64,000 nucleotides of DNA from Bacteroidota bacterium (GCA_016717325.1 JADKFV010000054.1:76599-140598), one strand, 5' to 3'; numbered from the stretch's first letter, positions 29,919 to 41,665 are shown. Program-made: numbers and translations. Notes: generated by a model from the letters alone, not told the origin.

Positions 29919-31112
29919 TTAAATTTGTTTGGGCAATACAATCCGGAAGGTAGTGCCTTTATTTACATCGGAGCTTTTCACAAAAATTTGCCCTTTATGG
30001 TATTCTTCCACAATGCGCTTCGATAACGAAAGGCCAAGGCCCCAACCACGTTTTTTGGTGGTATAGCCGGGCTTAAAAACTGTAGTGTATTTCGATTTGG
30101 GAATTCCCTTGCCGCTGTCTTTAACATCAATGTAAACATATTGATTTTGGTCGGTAATGCTGATAAGAATATCGCCCACACCGGCCATAGAATCAATGGC
30201 ATTTTTAAATAAATTTTCGAGCACCCATTCGAACAAAGGAATATTAAGCGGGGCATTCACCTCGTGGCTTTGTAAATTTTGAATGGTAATATTCACCTTT
30301 TGCGATGTGCGCGTTTTGATATAGTTTACAGAGTTTTGCAACACATCCATGAGGTTTTCTTTTTTCAAAACCGGTGCAGCCCCAATTTTCGAAAAACGCT
30401 CGGTTATAGTATTCAAGCGCGAAATATCTTTATCCATTTCGTGCAGGTTATCGTCTGCAGGGTATTTGTTTTTTAAATACTCGGTCCATGCAGCAAGCGA
30501 TGATAAGGGTGTACCCAATTGATGTGCAGTTTCTTTGGCCATACCCACCCACACCTGATTTTGCTCGGCCTTGCGCGATGTGCTAAATGCTAAATATGAA
30601 ACCAACAGGAACAACCCAATAATGGCTAACTGAAAAAACGGATAATATTTTAACTGATTAAGCAATTGCGAATCCTTATAAAAAATATAATCGCGCATGT
30701 TGGTATCAAACGGTATTTCGATAGGCTGATGCTGCTTTTTCATAATGGCCAACTCCTTTTTTAGGTAAGTTGTATCGGTTGCCACTTTTACACTATCGAG
30801 GTTCACCCAGTGCTTTACGTTAAACTTCTCATCGGTTTGTATTACCGGAATGGTGCTGTTGTTGCTTACTACATCAAAAGCAAAAGTGAGGTCGCCAGCA
30901 TCGAGTGCCACATCCGATAAGTGTTTTAGCGCCTTAGCCCAAAGTTCGATTTTGTTTTTTTCTTCCTGCGAAAGCTTTTCTACCAACCGGTTAGTATACC
31001 ACAGCGATATAATACCAATAACCAACGCTGTTAGCAGTAATAACATTTTCCATCTTTGCTTGCGAGTGTATATATTCAACTCTGTATCGAAATTAGGGTG
31101 CAATATTAACAA
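29919..31112 (-). CDS. Membrane sensor histidine kinase (HisKA + HATPase_c)
   Basis: 397 aa with two TM helices. H-box HQLGTPLSSLAAWTEYL. N, G1 and G2 boxes (NLFKNAIDS, DSGKGIP, GWGLGLSL). Confidence 0.85.
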   Translation of the reverse strand: MLILHPNFDTELNIYTRKQRWKMLLLLTALVIGIISLWYTNRLVEKLSQEEKNKIELWAKALKHLSDVALDAGDLTFAFDVVSNNSTIPVIQTDEKFNVKHWVNLDSVKVATDTTYLKKELAIMKKQHQPIEIPFDTNMRDYIFYKDSQLLNQLKYYPFFQLAIIGLFLLVSYLAFSTSRKAEQNQVWVGMAKETAHQLGTPLSSLAAWTEYLKNKYPADDNLHEMDKDISRLNTITERFSKIGAAPVLKKENLMDVLQNSVNYIKTRTSQKVNITIQNLQSHEVNAPLNIPLFEWVLENLFKNAIDSMAGVGDILISITDQNQYVYIDVKDSGKGIPKSKYTTVFKPGYTTKKRGWGLGLSLSKRIVEEYHKGQIFVKSSDVNKGTTFRIVLPKQI

Positions 31113-31365
31113 ACATGCCTTAAAATATGCAAACCGATTTGCTTTATATTGATTTAAATTCGAACCGGGGCACTTGACCGCTATTAAAGGTAAACGTTTA
31201 CTTTAAGAAAACCTTTTAATTAGTTTAGGCTTTGTAAGTGGACAAAATCAATTTGACTTATATTACGGAATGGCCTGTGCACTAAAAAATGGTGTTTAAA
31301 ATCCCTAAAAAATGTTCATTATTATAAGGCCGGGTCTTTCTCCATTTAATTAAAAAAAGTTAATA

Positions 31366-32805
31366 TTGTATTCAAATAAAATTATGAATATGAAAAAAAT
31401 TAACTGTCTTGTTTTATTGTTTTTAGCATCACATGTTTTGTGTTCGCAAACTGTTTTGTATAGCGAGAATTTCGAAAATCTTACAAACACATTTACGCTC
31501 AATGGCACAGCTGTAAACAGTACCGCCACCGGAGAAAATTTCTGGATTGTAAATAACGAGTTTTCGGGTGGCAGCGCTTCCACTGTTTGTCTTGGTTTTC
31601 CTGTAACTTTTAGTGTTCCCAATACACCCTCGCAACCCGGTACTTATGCCGGTAATCCTTATAGCAAATATTTACACACATTAAGTGTTGCTGCCAATAC
31701 AAGCGGAATAAACAACTGTTGTTTTTTGGCTGCCGATGGGTTATGCGCCAATCCCGAAAATTATTTCGCTTCTATGACCAACGATATTAGTACAACAGGA
31801 TATACCAACGTACAGTTGAGTTTTGGCTGGTTGTGCGATGGCAGCAATAATAATTATGGCGAAGTATATTATAGTATAGATGGCGGTACAACATGGATTC
31901 AACAATCGCTGCCATTGCAAAAATATTTTGGTCAGGGTAACTGGACCACACAAAACATTACCAATGCAGCTTTCGATAATCAAGCCACATTGCGGTTTGG
32001 TTTTCGTTTTGCAAATCAAATAACAACTACTGCTCAGGATCCCGGTTTTGCTATTGACGAGATAATCATAAGCGGTAACCAAAATGTAGTGTTGCCTATA
32101 GCAGCATTTACCGCCAGTAATGTTAGTTTATGTGAAAAAAGTGTTGTCGATTTTACCAATCTGTCCAGCAATGCCACTTCTTACTTATGGTTGTTTCCGG
32201 GCGGTTTGCCGGCTACTTCTACCGATACAAATCCCACTGGAATTTATTATGCTAATTATGGCACCTATTCGGTAACGCTCATAGCTACTAATGCAAATGG
32301 CAGCGACACTTTAGTTTTCCCAAATTACATTACCATAAATCAAAATCCTCCGGCACCGGTTATAACTTTAAATGGCAATTTGCTCATTTCAACTCCAGCT
32401 ATTTCCTATCAATGGTTTTTAAATAATACCCCTATTCCCGGAGGCGTAAATCAAGTGCAACCTCTTACCAGTGTTGGTAGTTACTATGTTTTAATAACGG
32501 ACAGCAATGGTTGCCAATCAGCTTCGAACCTTTTGGTGGTTTCAGGCATTGAGCAAACTTCGCCATCACAAAATTTCAACATTTACACAAATACAAATCA
32601 CGAATTAGTAATTGATAATATTGGATTGTTAAAGGAACCCTTCCAGGTTTCAATATGTGACATCGAAGGCCGGTTGGTAATGAAAAGCACTATTAACACA
32701 ACCACACAAGCGAGAATAAACATCGCTTCGCTTACAGAAGGGGTTTATTTAACTACAATATATAACGCTTGGTCACAAACCGTTTTGAAGTTTGTAATTA
32801 AATAA
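31366..32805 (+). CDS. Secreted protein with PKD-like domain and T9SS type-A CTD
   Basis: 479 aa. The signal peptide runs to VLLFLASHVLCSQ (the start may be 31384 or 31387). The C-terminus ends EGVYLTTIYNAWSQTVLKFVIK. Confidence 0.7.
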   Translation: MYSNKIMNMKKINCLVLLFLASHVLCSQTVLYSENFENLTNTFTLNGTAVNSTATGENFWIVNNEFSGGSASTVCLGFPVTFSVPNTPSQPGTYAGNPYSKYLHTLSVAANTSGINNCCFLAADGLCANPENYFASMTNDISTTGYTNVQLSFGWLCDGSNNNYGEVYYSIDGGTTWIQQSLPLQKYFGQGNWTTQNITNAAFDNQATLRFGFRFANQITTTAQDPGFAIDEIIISGNQNVVLPIAAFTASNVSLCEKSVVDFTNLSSNATSYLWLFPGGLPATSTDTNPTGIYYANYGTYSVTLIATNANGSDTLVFPNYITINQNPPAPVITLNGNLLISTPAISYQWFLNNTPIPGGVNQVQPLTSVGSYYVLITDSNGCQSASNLLVVSGIEQTSPSQNFNIYTNTNHELVIDNIGLLKEPFQVSICDIEGRLVMKSTINTTTQARINIASLTEGVYLTTIYNAWSQTVLKFVIK

Positions 32806-32860
32806 CATCATTTGATACTAATTTAATTCCTCTAAGTTTAATTTTAAATAATTTTCAAGT

Positions 32861-33241
32861 ATGGATACACAAGAGCTTCTTACTGAGTTGCACACTGAAC
32901 ACAATCGGTGGCAAGCAAAAATTAAAAATTATAAAGACGAACTGAAACGATGGGACGAGCAGTTGCTTAATATGGTTCCGCGTTTACAAAGCGATCAGCA
33001 AAGCCGAAGTTTGGAACGATTTCAAAATCAAATAATAATTCAAAATGAAGTATTGGATATTATGCGGCACGATTTTAAACAATATGAAAACGAAATTGAA
33101 TTTATTCAAAACCATAAGGTGGATAAAACCGAAGACGGTATTAATTCCTTACATGATCATGAGGAAGATAAATTATTATCGTTTGAGCATAATTTCGACA
33201 ACCTTCGCAAAGATTTTAAACTCTTTACCGGAGCGAAGTAG
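32861..33241 (+). CDS. Hypothetical small cytoplasmic protein
   Basis: 126-aa ORF, charged, with no motif recognised. Confidence 0.4.
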   Translation: MDTQELLTELHTEHNRWQAKIKNYKDELKRWDEQLLNMVPRLQSDQQSRSLERFQNQIIIQNEVLDIMRHDFKQYENEIEFIQNHKVDKTEDGINSLHDHEEDKLLSFEHNFDNLRKDFKLFTGAK

Positions 33242-33343
33242 CAAGAAAAAAAATCACATTCCATACCGGAATTATTAATAATCAATATCAAAACTATTGT
33301 TTTTGAATTTGTGGCCTCCAATTCTTGTTAGCCAAAATTTTAT

Positions 33344-33377
33344 TAAAATGCAGAACCATGGTTCTGCATTTTTTTTG
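33344..33377. terminator. Bidirectional Rho-independent terminator
   Basis: Perfect palindrome ATGCAGAACCATGGTTCTGCAT flanked by AAAA on one side and TTTTTTTT on the other. It lies between convergent genes. Confidence 0.7.
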
Positions 33378-33423
33378 AAACTAAAAGCTGTTGATATAAT
33401 ACCGGATTTGCTTGTCACTAAAA

Positions 33424-33825
33424 TTATAATAGCAGCTTGCTTGCAAATGCTGCATCTGGGATGCTGCAATATTGTCTCTTTCCAAATATCCGATAACGGT
33501 TTTTTGCAACAAAATCATAAATCACGTTGCGCAAAAAACGCGGAATAATCTTAAACCCGTATAACAGTTTCCATCCCGATTCAAGTTCTAAAGCGATTTG
33601 AAAAACAGCATCCGACTTGATGTAATATTTGCCTTTGGAAACAAAAACCACAGAGTTCATTGTACTGAAATCTGAGTGAAACGTGCCGCTAATTTTTTGT
33701 GATGTTTGAGATGTATTGGTGGTGAAATAAAACTTTTTACGCTTATCTGCTTTATAAATCAATTGAATAAGTTTGTTGCAAAACAAACATGTGCCATCGT
33801 AAATGATAATATGTTCGGGATTCAA
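33424..33825 (-). CDS. DCC-family thiol-disulfide oxidoreductase (DUF393)
   Basis: 133 aa. N-terminal IIIYDGTCLFCNKLIQ with a CxxC motif, typical of DCC1-like proteins. Confidence 0.7.
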   Translation of the reverse strand: MNPEHIIIYDGTCLFCNKLIQLIYKADKRKKFYFTTNTSQTSQKISGTFHSDFSTMNSVVFVSKGKYYIKSDAVFQIALELESGWKLLYGFKIIPRFLRNVIYDFVAKNRYRIFGKRQYCSIPDAAFASKLLL

Positions 33826-33861
33826 AATTTGGAAATTAACTATAACTGTATACGTTGTTTT

Positions 33862-36800
33862 TTATTTTCGGAAATCGAATCCGGGGTCAAGTTTTTTGAA
33901 ACGATTGTTTTCGTACTCTATTTTAGTTCCATTAATATTATCATCAGCACGATTGGCAGATATAAACCAACTGAAGTCTACATTACTCGTTCCGCCCTGC
34001 AATTCCACCACATCGAAACCCCACTGATTTTCATTGGTAACATACACACCTTTGCAATCTCCTTTTAGCTGAACAAAAACTTTCATCAAATGTTTGGCAT
34101 CCACTTTAATATTGATAGCCAAAGTAGAATCAAATGCAACATGTGCCTTGCCATTTATTAACTGTGCCTGACCAAAATCCTGAAACAAAATTTCCGGTGT
34201 TTCGGGAGCGGTCATAATTCTATCGGCACCTTTATTATCGCGCACAATGGTCGCTACAGTGCCTAACCCTATTATTTTGTAAGTGGTAGCACCTATATAG
34301 GCAGCTACAGAACTTACTGCGAGATTAACGTTACTTACATTGGATTGCTTTACATAAAAAATACCCCCATCATGGTGCGTTGCACTATTACCATCTTCTA
34401 CACTGCATGAGTTTATTCCATGTCCTTTGCCGGCAGTTTGTATACCATCGCCCAAGGCATAGTTTGTAGTAACAATAGGCGATGAAAGCGAAAATGTTAC
34501 CACAGGCGCAGGAGTCATTCCATTTGAAGAAACATATATTCCCACACCACTGGCACTTGTATTTGTGGCAGAAATAGCTGCAGAATTTGTGGTTGAAATA
34601 ACAGCACCAAAACCACTGCCCGACTGTACAATTTCTAAACCTGTACTTGCATTGGAGCCACTACTAAGTACTATTCGCCCACCTGCACCGGAAGTATTAG
34701 AACGTGCTACATTAAAACCATATCCACCTGTACCACCATGGTTTATCACCATACCATCGCCACTGGCCAATGCCGGAAGCGTAACAAGAATGCCGTTGCC
34801 AAGGGTATTAGTCCGGGCAATACTCAATCCTGTTCCGGTTCCTTTATGATTTATCAATAACCCTTCGTTTGTATTTACAGTGCTGTCCATATCAATTTGC
34901 ATTCCTTTACCGCGTGCTTTTTGTTGCAGATAAATTCCGGTTGCCAAACTTGTGGGTGTTAACATTTGTAAATTTATTCCTTGCCCCGATGCTGATGTGG
35001 AAACTACCATTTGTGCAGCGGTTGCTGTGCCCGATGTTGACAATAAATTGAGCGCATTAGACGCACCATTGTTATTTATAAGTACAGTTGGGTTGGCATT
35101 GAATGCACTTACTGTTTGAAACCTTCCTGCACTACCACCAGCAGAAGAATTATTTACAAAAACTCCGGTATGCCCCAAGCCTGTAGTAATAAAGTTTGCA
35201 GTGATACTATCTTGCGAAGTAGCACGTATTGCAACCCTGTTACCCGAAACGCTGCTTATATCGACATATGCTGTTGGAAAAACTGTATTCACACCCATCA
35301 AACCACTGTTTTTTAACCATACCCTGGGCACATTATTGGTTCTCATAATAAAATCAAAGTTATTGAGCGAGCCAATAAATTCGGTTCCGATTAAAGTGTT
35401 GCCTTTCAATTGCCACCCTAAAGTGTCGGCTAAAGTTGATAGTGTTTTCCATTGTGGTGGCACTCCGGGGCCCGTTGAAGTGAGTACCTGATTAGTTACA
35501 CCAGCTAAATTATTCGGCATCAATGCACCGTCAAAACGAACATTGCCAACTACATGCAACCGCTCGCTTGGCGCACTTATATTTACACCTATATAACCCT
35601 GACTCGCACCCGCAACGCCAACAACCCTCATACGCTCAACATTATTTGTACGCACAATAAAATCAAATGGATTGAGTGATCCAATAAAGCTTGGAGTGGT
35701 GGAAAGGGTATTCCCTGTTAATCGCCAGTTTACTGTATCTGCGATGGAAGAGTATGTGCGCCAAATAGGAGCAATGCCTGCACCTTGCGAAAGCAAAATT
35801 TGCTCCGCTGTGCCGGCAGTATTACCCGGCATAAACGCATTATCTAAACGCATATTTCCCGCAACATGTAATCGTTCGCTTGGCGCTATAACGTTGATTC
35901 CTACAAAGCCTTGGTTTGCACCTGCAACCCCAACTATACGCATGCGTTCTACATTATTTGTGCGCATCATAAAATCGAAAGCATTGAGCGAGCCAATAAA
36001 GTTTGATGCTGTAATGTTGTTTCCAATCAATCGCCAGTTTACTGTATCTGCGAGGGAAGAATATGTGCGCCAAATAGGAGCAATGCCAACACCTTGCGAA
36101 AGCAAAATTTGCCCGGTTGTTCCGGCAGTATTTCCTGGCATAAATGCGTTATCTAAACGCATATTTCCCGCAACATGTAATCGTTCGCTTGGCGCTATAA
36201 CGTTGATTCCTACAAAGCCTTGATTTGCACCAGCAACCCCAACTATACGCATGCGTTCTACATTATTTGTGCGCATCATAAAATCGAAAGCATTGAGCGA
36301 GCCAATAAAGTTTGATGCTGTAATGTTGTTTCCAATCAATCGCCAGTTTACTGTATCGGCAAGTGTAGAATAAGTGCGCCAAATGGGCGCTAAACCTGCA
36401 CCTTGCGAAAGCAATACTTGCCCCGCTGCACCGGCAGTATTGCCAGGCATAAACGCATTGTCTAAACGAAAGTTTCCGTTAAGATGTAGTCTTTCGGTAG
36501 GGGCATTATGGTTTATACCTATGAATCCTTGGTTGGCACCGGCAACTCCAATAATTCGCAAGCGTTCTACATTTGCAGTGCGTGCTATAAAATCGAAGGC
36601 ATTTAACGTTCCAATAAATTGACCGGTAGCAATTGTATTACCCATAAGCCTCCAATTAGTAGTATCGGAAATTGCGCCAAAGTTGCGCCATACAGGAGCA
36701 ATTCCTGCTCCCTGCGACATTAAAAACTCTCCACTGGTACCCGGCAAATTATTGGGCATAAATGCTCCATCAACTCGCAAGTTTCCATTTACGTGCAACT

Positions 36801-36903
36801 TTTGTGTTGGAACAACAATACCAATACCCACGTTTTGAGCAACTGCTTTTGTACAAAATAGCACAACAAAAGCACATAATAATTGTAAAATTTTTCTTTT
36901 CAT
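33862..36903 (-). CDS. Secreted repeat protein (1013 aa) built from five or more 103-aa tandem repeats, with a Gly/Ser/Thr-rich beta-helix-like C-terminal half
   Basis: Signal peptide MKRKILQLLCAFVVLFCTKAVAQ. The repeat NVERMRIVGVAGANQGFVGINVIAPSERLHVAGNMRLDNAFMPGNTAG...WRLIGNNITASNFIGSLNAFDFMMRT recurs. Two DNA copies (35861..36170 and 36171..36480) are almost identical. Confidence 0.7.
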   Translation of the reverse strand: MKRKILQLLCAFVVLFCTKAVAQNVGIGIVVPTQKLHVNGNLRVDGAFMPNNLPGTSGEFLMSQGAGIAPVWRNFGAISDTTNWRLMGNTIATGQFIGTLNAFDFIARTANVERLRIIGVAGANQGFIGINHNAPTERLHLNGNFRLDNAFMPGNTAGAAGQVLLSQGAGLAPIWRTYSTLADTVNWRLIGNNITASNFIGSLNAFDFMMRTNNVERMRIVGVAGANQGFVGINVIAPSERLHVAGNMRLDNAFMPGNTAGTTGQILLSQGVGIAPIWRTYSSLADTVNWRLIGNNITASNFIGSLNAFDFMMRTNNVERMRIVGVAGANQGFVGINVIAPSERLHVAGNMRLDNAFMPGNTAGTAEQILLSQGAGIAPIWRTYSSIADTVNWRLTGNTLSTTPSFIGSLNPFDFIVRTNNVERMRVVGVAGASQGYIGVNISAPSERLHVVGNVRFDGALMPNNLAGVTNQVLTSTGPGVPPQWKTLSTLADTLGWQLKGNTLIGTEFIGSLNNFDFIMRTNNVPRVWLKNSGLMGVNTVFPTAYVDISSVSGNRVAIRATSQDSITANFITTGLGHTGVFVNNSSAGGSAGRFQTVSAFNANPTVLINNNGASNALNLLSTSGTATAAQMVVSTSASGQGINLQMLTPTSLATGIYLQQKARGKGMQIDMDSTVNTNEGLLINHKGTGTGLSIARTNTLGNGILVTLPALASGDGMVINHGGTGGYGFNVARSNTSGAGGRIVLSSGSNASTGLEIVQSGSGFGAVISTTNSAAISATNTSASGVGIYVSSNGMTPAPVVTFSLSSPIVTTNYALGDGIQTAGKGHGINSCSVEDGNSATHHDGGIFYVKQSNVSNVNLAVSSVAAYIGATTYKIIGLGTVATIVRDNKGADRIMTAPETPEILFQDFGQAQLINGKAHVAFDSTLAINIKVDAKHLMKVFVQLKGDCKGVYVTNENQWGFDVVELQGGTSNVDFSWFISANRADDNINGTKIEYENNRFKKLDPGFDFRK

Positions 36904-36928
36904 TTGTGTTTTTAATAACCGAAATCTG

Positions 36929-38551
36929 TTACTTCTGAACCATAAGTTTTACAGATTCCAAAGTAGAAACTCCGTCAGTAATTCTTACAACATAATTGCC
37001 CGGAGCAATGTTTTGTAAATTTAATTCTACGGAATTATTCAATTTTAAATTCTCTTTTTTTATAAAAGCCATATCAACCATTTGCCCATACATATCTATA
37101 AATTCGATTCTAAAATCGGTTAAGGTTAAGGACGTGTTGAGTAATGATAACACTACAGTTGTATTACTGTTTGCCGGATTGGGATAAATACTTACACTAA
37201 TATTGCTGCTATTATTAAGGCTCACTACACGAACAGGTGAATATGAAATTTCGCCCCATGTTTTAACTATTTTTAAACGATAGTAGGTGTTGCCAAAATA
37301 AGGAGAAATGTCCAAACCTTTGTATGCATTTGTTTTTCCATTAACAAGACCTATGGCGGTTACGTTTTGCAAAAAAGTAAATTTTTTGGCATCGCTCGAC
37401 TTTTCAATTTCGTAATGCAAAACATTGTCTTCATTGGCCACTTCCCATTTTAAGTCAGTTTGTTTATTTGCATTCAAGGCCGCATTAAAACTTAATAAAG
37501 AAACCGGAAGGGGGGCATCTTTTTCAACCAAAACCCATGCTATGTTATAACCATTTACACCGGTGATGGTACATGTATTTGCTGCAGGGTTGTCTATACC
37601 GGCCGGAGGCATTATCCACCCCGATACACCATTGTGTCGTTGTGCACCAAGGTTGGCTTCGGTTATAATATTTGTGCTGCCGCCTGTTGCATCCCACTCC
37701 GATTCGCGATAAGAAAATGTGAGTGATGACACTGGATTTGTAGTATAGTTTGCAACAGTAACCGGCCACCAACGATCGAGCACATTCATAGAATTTTCGG
37801 CACCACCCCAGTAGGCAGCAGTACTTGGTACTGGTGGTGGTAAAGGTCTATTATTGGGAGTAGCAGCAGTATTGGTAGGATATGTAGCCACCATTGCACT
37901 GCCGTTTGCTCCTACACCCGCAGTAGTAATATTTAAAGTGAATGGCAAATAGTTGTTAGTAACTGCATTACCAAAAGGATATACATAAGCTCCTGTATTG
38001 GCGCCTATATTCCATAAAATATTTCCATAACCGGGAACAGCAGGCGTTTCGGAAATGATGAATCCGGTAGTGCGTGTAATGGCACTTAGCGAGCTATTTG
38101 AAATGGTAAGCGTTTTGGAATTTAAATCTAAGTTTCGGGTGCCCAATGATAGAATACCTGCCGGGCCAACATAAGCCCCACCAACTGTTGTATTCACATT
38201 TAATGTTTTAATACCGGTGCCAATCAATGTCAAATTGTTAAAGGTGGTAGGGTTTGTACCGCCAATAGTTTGGCTAGCTCCATTGAAAATAACGGTACCT
38301 GCCGAAGTAGAAAAACAATTGTTGGCTGAGTTGTGTATCCAATTGCCCGATAGGTCTATAGTGCCGCTATTAAAAAACTGTCCCCCGTTTTGATTTTGTA
38401 TATCACCCTGAACGGTAATGGTTGCAGTAGCTTGCACCGTAACGGTAACATTATCCGTAGTCCACAATTGAGCATTTACATTCAATAACAAACTGCAAAC
38501 AACAATAGTTGATGCAAATGCTTTTTTGAGAAATGTGTAAAATGTATTCAT
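36929..38551 (-). CDS. Secreted beta-helix-like protein with T9SS type-A CTD; paralog of 1274..2818
   Basis: 540 aa. Signal peptide, DLSGNWIHNSANNCF motif, and a C-terminus ending NIAPGNYVVRITDGVSTLESVKLMVQK. Confidence 0.75.
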   Translation of the reverse strand: MNTFYTFLKKAFASTIVVCSLLLNVNAQLWTTDNVTVTVQATATITVQGDIQNQNGGQFFNSGTIDLSGNWIHNSANNCFSTSAGTVIFNGASQTIGGTNPTTFNNLTLIGTGIKTLNVNTTVGGAYVGPAGILSLGTRNLDLNSKTLTISNSSLSAITRTTGFIISETPAVPGYGNILWNIGANTGAYVYPFGNAVTNNYLPFTLNITTAGVGANGSAMVATYPTNTAATPNNRPLPPPVPSTAAYWGGAENSMNVLDRWWPVTVANYTTNPVSSLTFSYRESEWDATGGSTNIITEANLGAQRHNGVSGWIMPPAGIDNPAANTCTITGVNGYNIAWVLVEKDAPLPVSLLSFNAALNANKQTDLKWEVANEDNVLHYEIEKSSDAKKFTFLQNVTAIGLVNGKTNAYKGLDISPYFGNTYYRLKIVKTWGEISYSPVRVVSLNNSSNISVSIYPNPANSNTTVVLSLLNTSLTLTDFRIEFIDMYGQMVDMAFIKKENLKLNNSVELNLQNIAPGNYVVRITDGVSTLESVKLMVQK

Positions 38552-38828
38552 CGTAATTATTTACTTATAGATAAGAAGGTAAATATATATTATTTTGCGA
38601 TATACTGCCAAATGCTTGCCATAAAAAGTTGTAAATGATAATTATTCTAAAATAAAGTATAATTATAGCTCGAAAGGGGCTTTTCAAACCTCAAATTCAC
38701 AAATTTGTTATTTGAAGCCAAAACCGATTGGTTGTATCAAAAACCCCTGAGGTGTTTGGGAAAACCAATCTTTAGAAATAATATTTCTGTTTATTTGCGA
38801 CACAAAATAATTTTTTCTAAACAGCAAA

Positions 38829-40262
38829 ATGTCGCGCCAAAAAGAAAGCATCAGCATATTCGATATGTTCAAAATTGGGATAGGCCCATCGAGCTCCCAT
38901 ACCCTCGGGCCATGGCGCGCTGCCGAAAGATTTATTTTCGATTTAAAATCCAAAACCTCATTACACAACATACAACGTATACAAGTATGGTTGTATGGCT
39001 CGCTGGCAAAAACCGGCATAGGCCATGGCACCGATATTGCCGTCCTGCTTGGTTTGATGGGTGCCGACCCCGTTACATTTGACACAACATTGGTAAACGA
39101 CACCATCGAAAAGATTAAACGCAACAAAACACTTTCAATTCTTGATGAAATAAAAGTGCCGTTTTATTATGAAAGAGATTTGGTTTTTTTAAAACAAGAA
39201 TCGTTGCCATTTCACCCCAATGCAATGAAGATAGTGGCAACATTGAAAGATACACAAACCGAAGAGGCTATTTATTATTCGATAGGTGGTGGCTTTGTTG
39301 TAAAAGATGGCGAAGATAATTCTACACATAAAACTGTAGTACTAAAATACGATGTGAGCAATGCCGATGAACTTATGCAAAACTGTATGCGGGCGGGACT
39401 GAATATTTCTGCATTGGTATTACAAAACGAACAAGCCTGGCGCACGGAAGAAAAAACCCTACAGGGCATTTTGCAAATTTGGAACACCATGAGCGAGTGC
39501 ATGTACAAAGGTTGTCACACCGTTGGATTGTTGCCCGGAGGGTTGCACGTAACGCGAAGGGCCGCCACAATAAATAAAAAACTACTGAGTGCTAGTGAGT
39601 ATGCAAATATTGAAGAGTGGAAGCAAGCTATAAAAAAATCGCCACACGATTTTAGCTCCATTTTGAATTGGGTGAGCTGCTTTGCACTGGCTATTAATGA
39701 AGAGAATGCCTCGTTTGGCCGTGTAGTAACAGCACCAACAAATGGCGCTGCGGGAGTGGTGCCGGCTGTGTTAATGTACTTTCATTTATTTGCCGGTGGC
39801 GATGCCGATGAAATGATAATTCGGTTTTTACTCACTGCCTCCGAAATAGGAAGTATGTTTAAAAAAGGCTCTACCATTTCTGCGGCAATGGGCGGTTGCC
39901 AGGCCGAGATTGGCGTTTCATCGGCAATGGCTGCCGGTGCATTAACGGAATGCTTAGGTGGAAATCCGCGGCAAGTAATGCAAGCGGCCGAAATTGCAAT
40001 GGAGCATCATTTGGGAATGACATGCGACCCTATTGGTGGTTTGGTGCAAATTCCTTGTATTGAACGAAATACAATGGGCGCCATAAAAGCAATTACAGCA
40101 TCGCAACTTGCCATGCAAAGTGACCCCGATGCTGCTAAAGTTTCGCTCGATGCGGTAATAAAAACCATGTGGGAAACAGCGCTCGATATGAATAGCAAAT
40201 ACAAAGAAACTGCCGATGGCGGACTGGCCATTCATATCCCATTAGGATTGAGCGAGTGCTAA
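38829..40262 (+). CDS. sdaA: L-serine ammonia-lyase (Fe-S dependent L-serine dehydratase, fused alpha/beta)
   Basis: 477 aa. The N-terminus [21 protein letters not shown] is the hallmark of SdaA. Cys ligands are present in the C-terminal domain. Confidence 0.9.
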   Translation: MSRQKESISIFDMFKIGIGPSSSHTLGPWRAAERFIFDLKSKTSLHNIQRIQVWLYGSLAKTGIGHGTDIAVLLGLMGADPVTFDTTLVNDTIEKIKRNKTLSILDEIKVPFYYERDLVFLKQESLPFHPNAMKIVATLKDTQTEEAIYYSIGGGFVVKDGEDNSTHKTVVLKYDVSNADELMQNCMRAGLNISALVLQNEQAWRTEEKTLQGILQIWNTMSECMYKGCHTVGLLPGGLHVTRRAATINKKLLSASEYANIEEWKQAIKKSPHDFSSILNWVSCFALAINEENASFGRVVTAPTNGAAGVVPAVLMYFHLFAGGDADEMIIRFLLTASEIGSMFKKGSTISAAMGGCQAEIGVSSAMAAGALTECLGGNPRQVMQAAEIAMEHHLGMTCDPIGGLVQIPCIERNTMGAIKAITASQLAMQSDPDAAKVSLDAVIKTMWETALDMNSKYKETADGGLAIHIPLGLSEC

Positions 40263-40328
40263 AAAAAATGCCGCTAACCACATCAGATTATGTAGTTGGC
40301 GGCATTCCCATTTCAAACAATACGATGG

Positions 40329-41381
40329 TTAGTCTATGATAAGCATAGCATCACCATAACTATAAAATTTGTATTTTTCTTTCAAAGCTACTTTGTAAGC
40401 ATTCATAATGTTTTCGAAACCACCAAATGCGCAAGTCATCATTAGCAAAGTAGACTCGGGCATGTGGAAATTTGTTACCATACAATTGGCAATACTAAAA
40501 TCGTATGGAGGAAAAATAAATTTATTTGTCCAGCCGGCTAACGGTTTCAATTCACCATTTGTAGAAACTGTAGATTCTATAGCACGCATAGTGGTAGTAC
40601 CCACAGCACAAATTCTGCGCTTTGCGGCTTTGGCAGCGTTCACTATATCACAGGCTTCGGTATTTACTTCAAATTGCTCGCTATCCATTTTATGTTTGGT
40701 AAGGTCTTCAACTTCTACCGAACGGAAAGTGCCCAAGCCTACGTGAAGCGTAACTTCGGCAAAGTTTACCCCTTTAATTTCGAGGCGCTTAAGCAATTCG
40801 CGGCTAAAGTGCAATCCTGCCGTTGGTGCTGCCACAGCACCTTCGTTTTTGGCATACACCGTTTGGTAGCGATGCACATCTTCGGCTTCGGCCTTACGTT
40901 TTATGTATTTGGGAAGAGGTGTATGACCAAGATTATAAACGGCAGCTTTAAACTCCTCGTGTGTACCATCGAAAAGGAAACGCAATGTGCGGCCGCGCGA
41001 TGTTGTGTTGTCTATTACTTCGGCAACGAGTAAATCGTTATCGCCAAAATATAGTTTATTGCCTATGCGGATTTTACGTGCAGGGTCTACTAATACGTCC
41101 CAAAGACGACTATCCTTGCTCAACTCGCGCAACAAAAACACTTCTATTTTGGCCCCTGTTTTTTCTTTGTTACCATACAATCGTGCAGGAAATACGCGGG
41201 TGTTATTCAATATCATTACATCCTTATCGTCAAAATATTCGAGTATGTCTTTAAACACTTTGTGTTCTATTTTGCCTGTAGTACGATTAACCACCATCAG
41301 ACGCGATTCGTCACGATTTTTGGCCGGGTGAGTAGCCAGGAGGTTTTCATTGAAATTGAATTTAAACTGCGAGAGTTTCAT
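40329..41381 (-). CDS. queA: S-adenosylmethionine:tRNA ribosyltransferase-isomerase
   Basis: [31 protein letters not shown]...[12 protein letters not shown] is the conserved QueA N-terminus. The ORF-track start MYCK at 41393 is probably a 4-codon extension. Confidence 0.9.
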   Translation of the reverse strand: MKLSQFKFNFNENLLATHPAKNRDESRLMVVNRTTGKIEHKVFKDILEYFDDKDVMILNNTRVFPARLYGNKEKTGAKIEVFLLRELSKDSRLWDVLVDPARKIRIGNKLYFGDNDLLVAEVIDNTTSRGRTLRFLFDGTHEEFKAAVYNLGHTPLPKYIKRKAEAEDVHRYQTVYAKNEGAVAAPTAGLHFSRELLKRLEIKGVNFAEVTLHVGLGTFRSVEVEDLTKHKMDSEQFEVNTEACDIVNAAKAAKRRICAVGTTTMRAIESTVSTNGELKPLAGWTNKFIFPPYDFSIANCMVTNFHMPESTLLMMTCAFGGFENIMNAYKVALKEKYKFYSYGDAMLIID

Positions 41382-41665
41382 TTTACAATACATTTATGGG
41401 CAACATGCCTTGTTTTAAAGCAAATTGCTATTGTTAATATTATCCTTCATTCGGCTGCCAATACATTGATTATCAGGGGGAAAAACCAATAAAATACGCA
41501 ACCTTTTTTTTATAAACGGGGCGCAAATATAATATCATGATATACCGTTTTCGACATGGAGGGCAAAATAAATATTACCAATTTATAATTGATGTCTAAA
41601 GCCTTGCACTAATAAGTGGTACAGAGACCTCTATGCCATCAAAATAATTAAGCCCAAGTTGCAAG

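Noticed and set aside
35672-36622. ORFs 35672..36223 (183 aa) and 36374..36622 on the plus strand
   Set aside because: They are antisense to the 309-bp repeats of the 1013-aa secreted protein gene. They are repetitive because the sense strand is repetitive.
38705-39127. Overlapping ORFs 38705..39082 (+) and 38708..39127 (-)
   Set aside because: They overlap the strongly supported sdaA start ([29 protein letters not shown] at 38829) and lack features.
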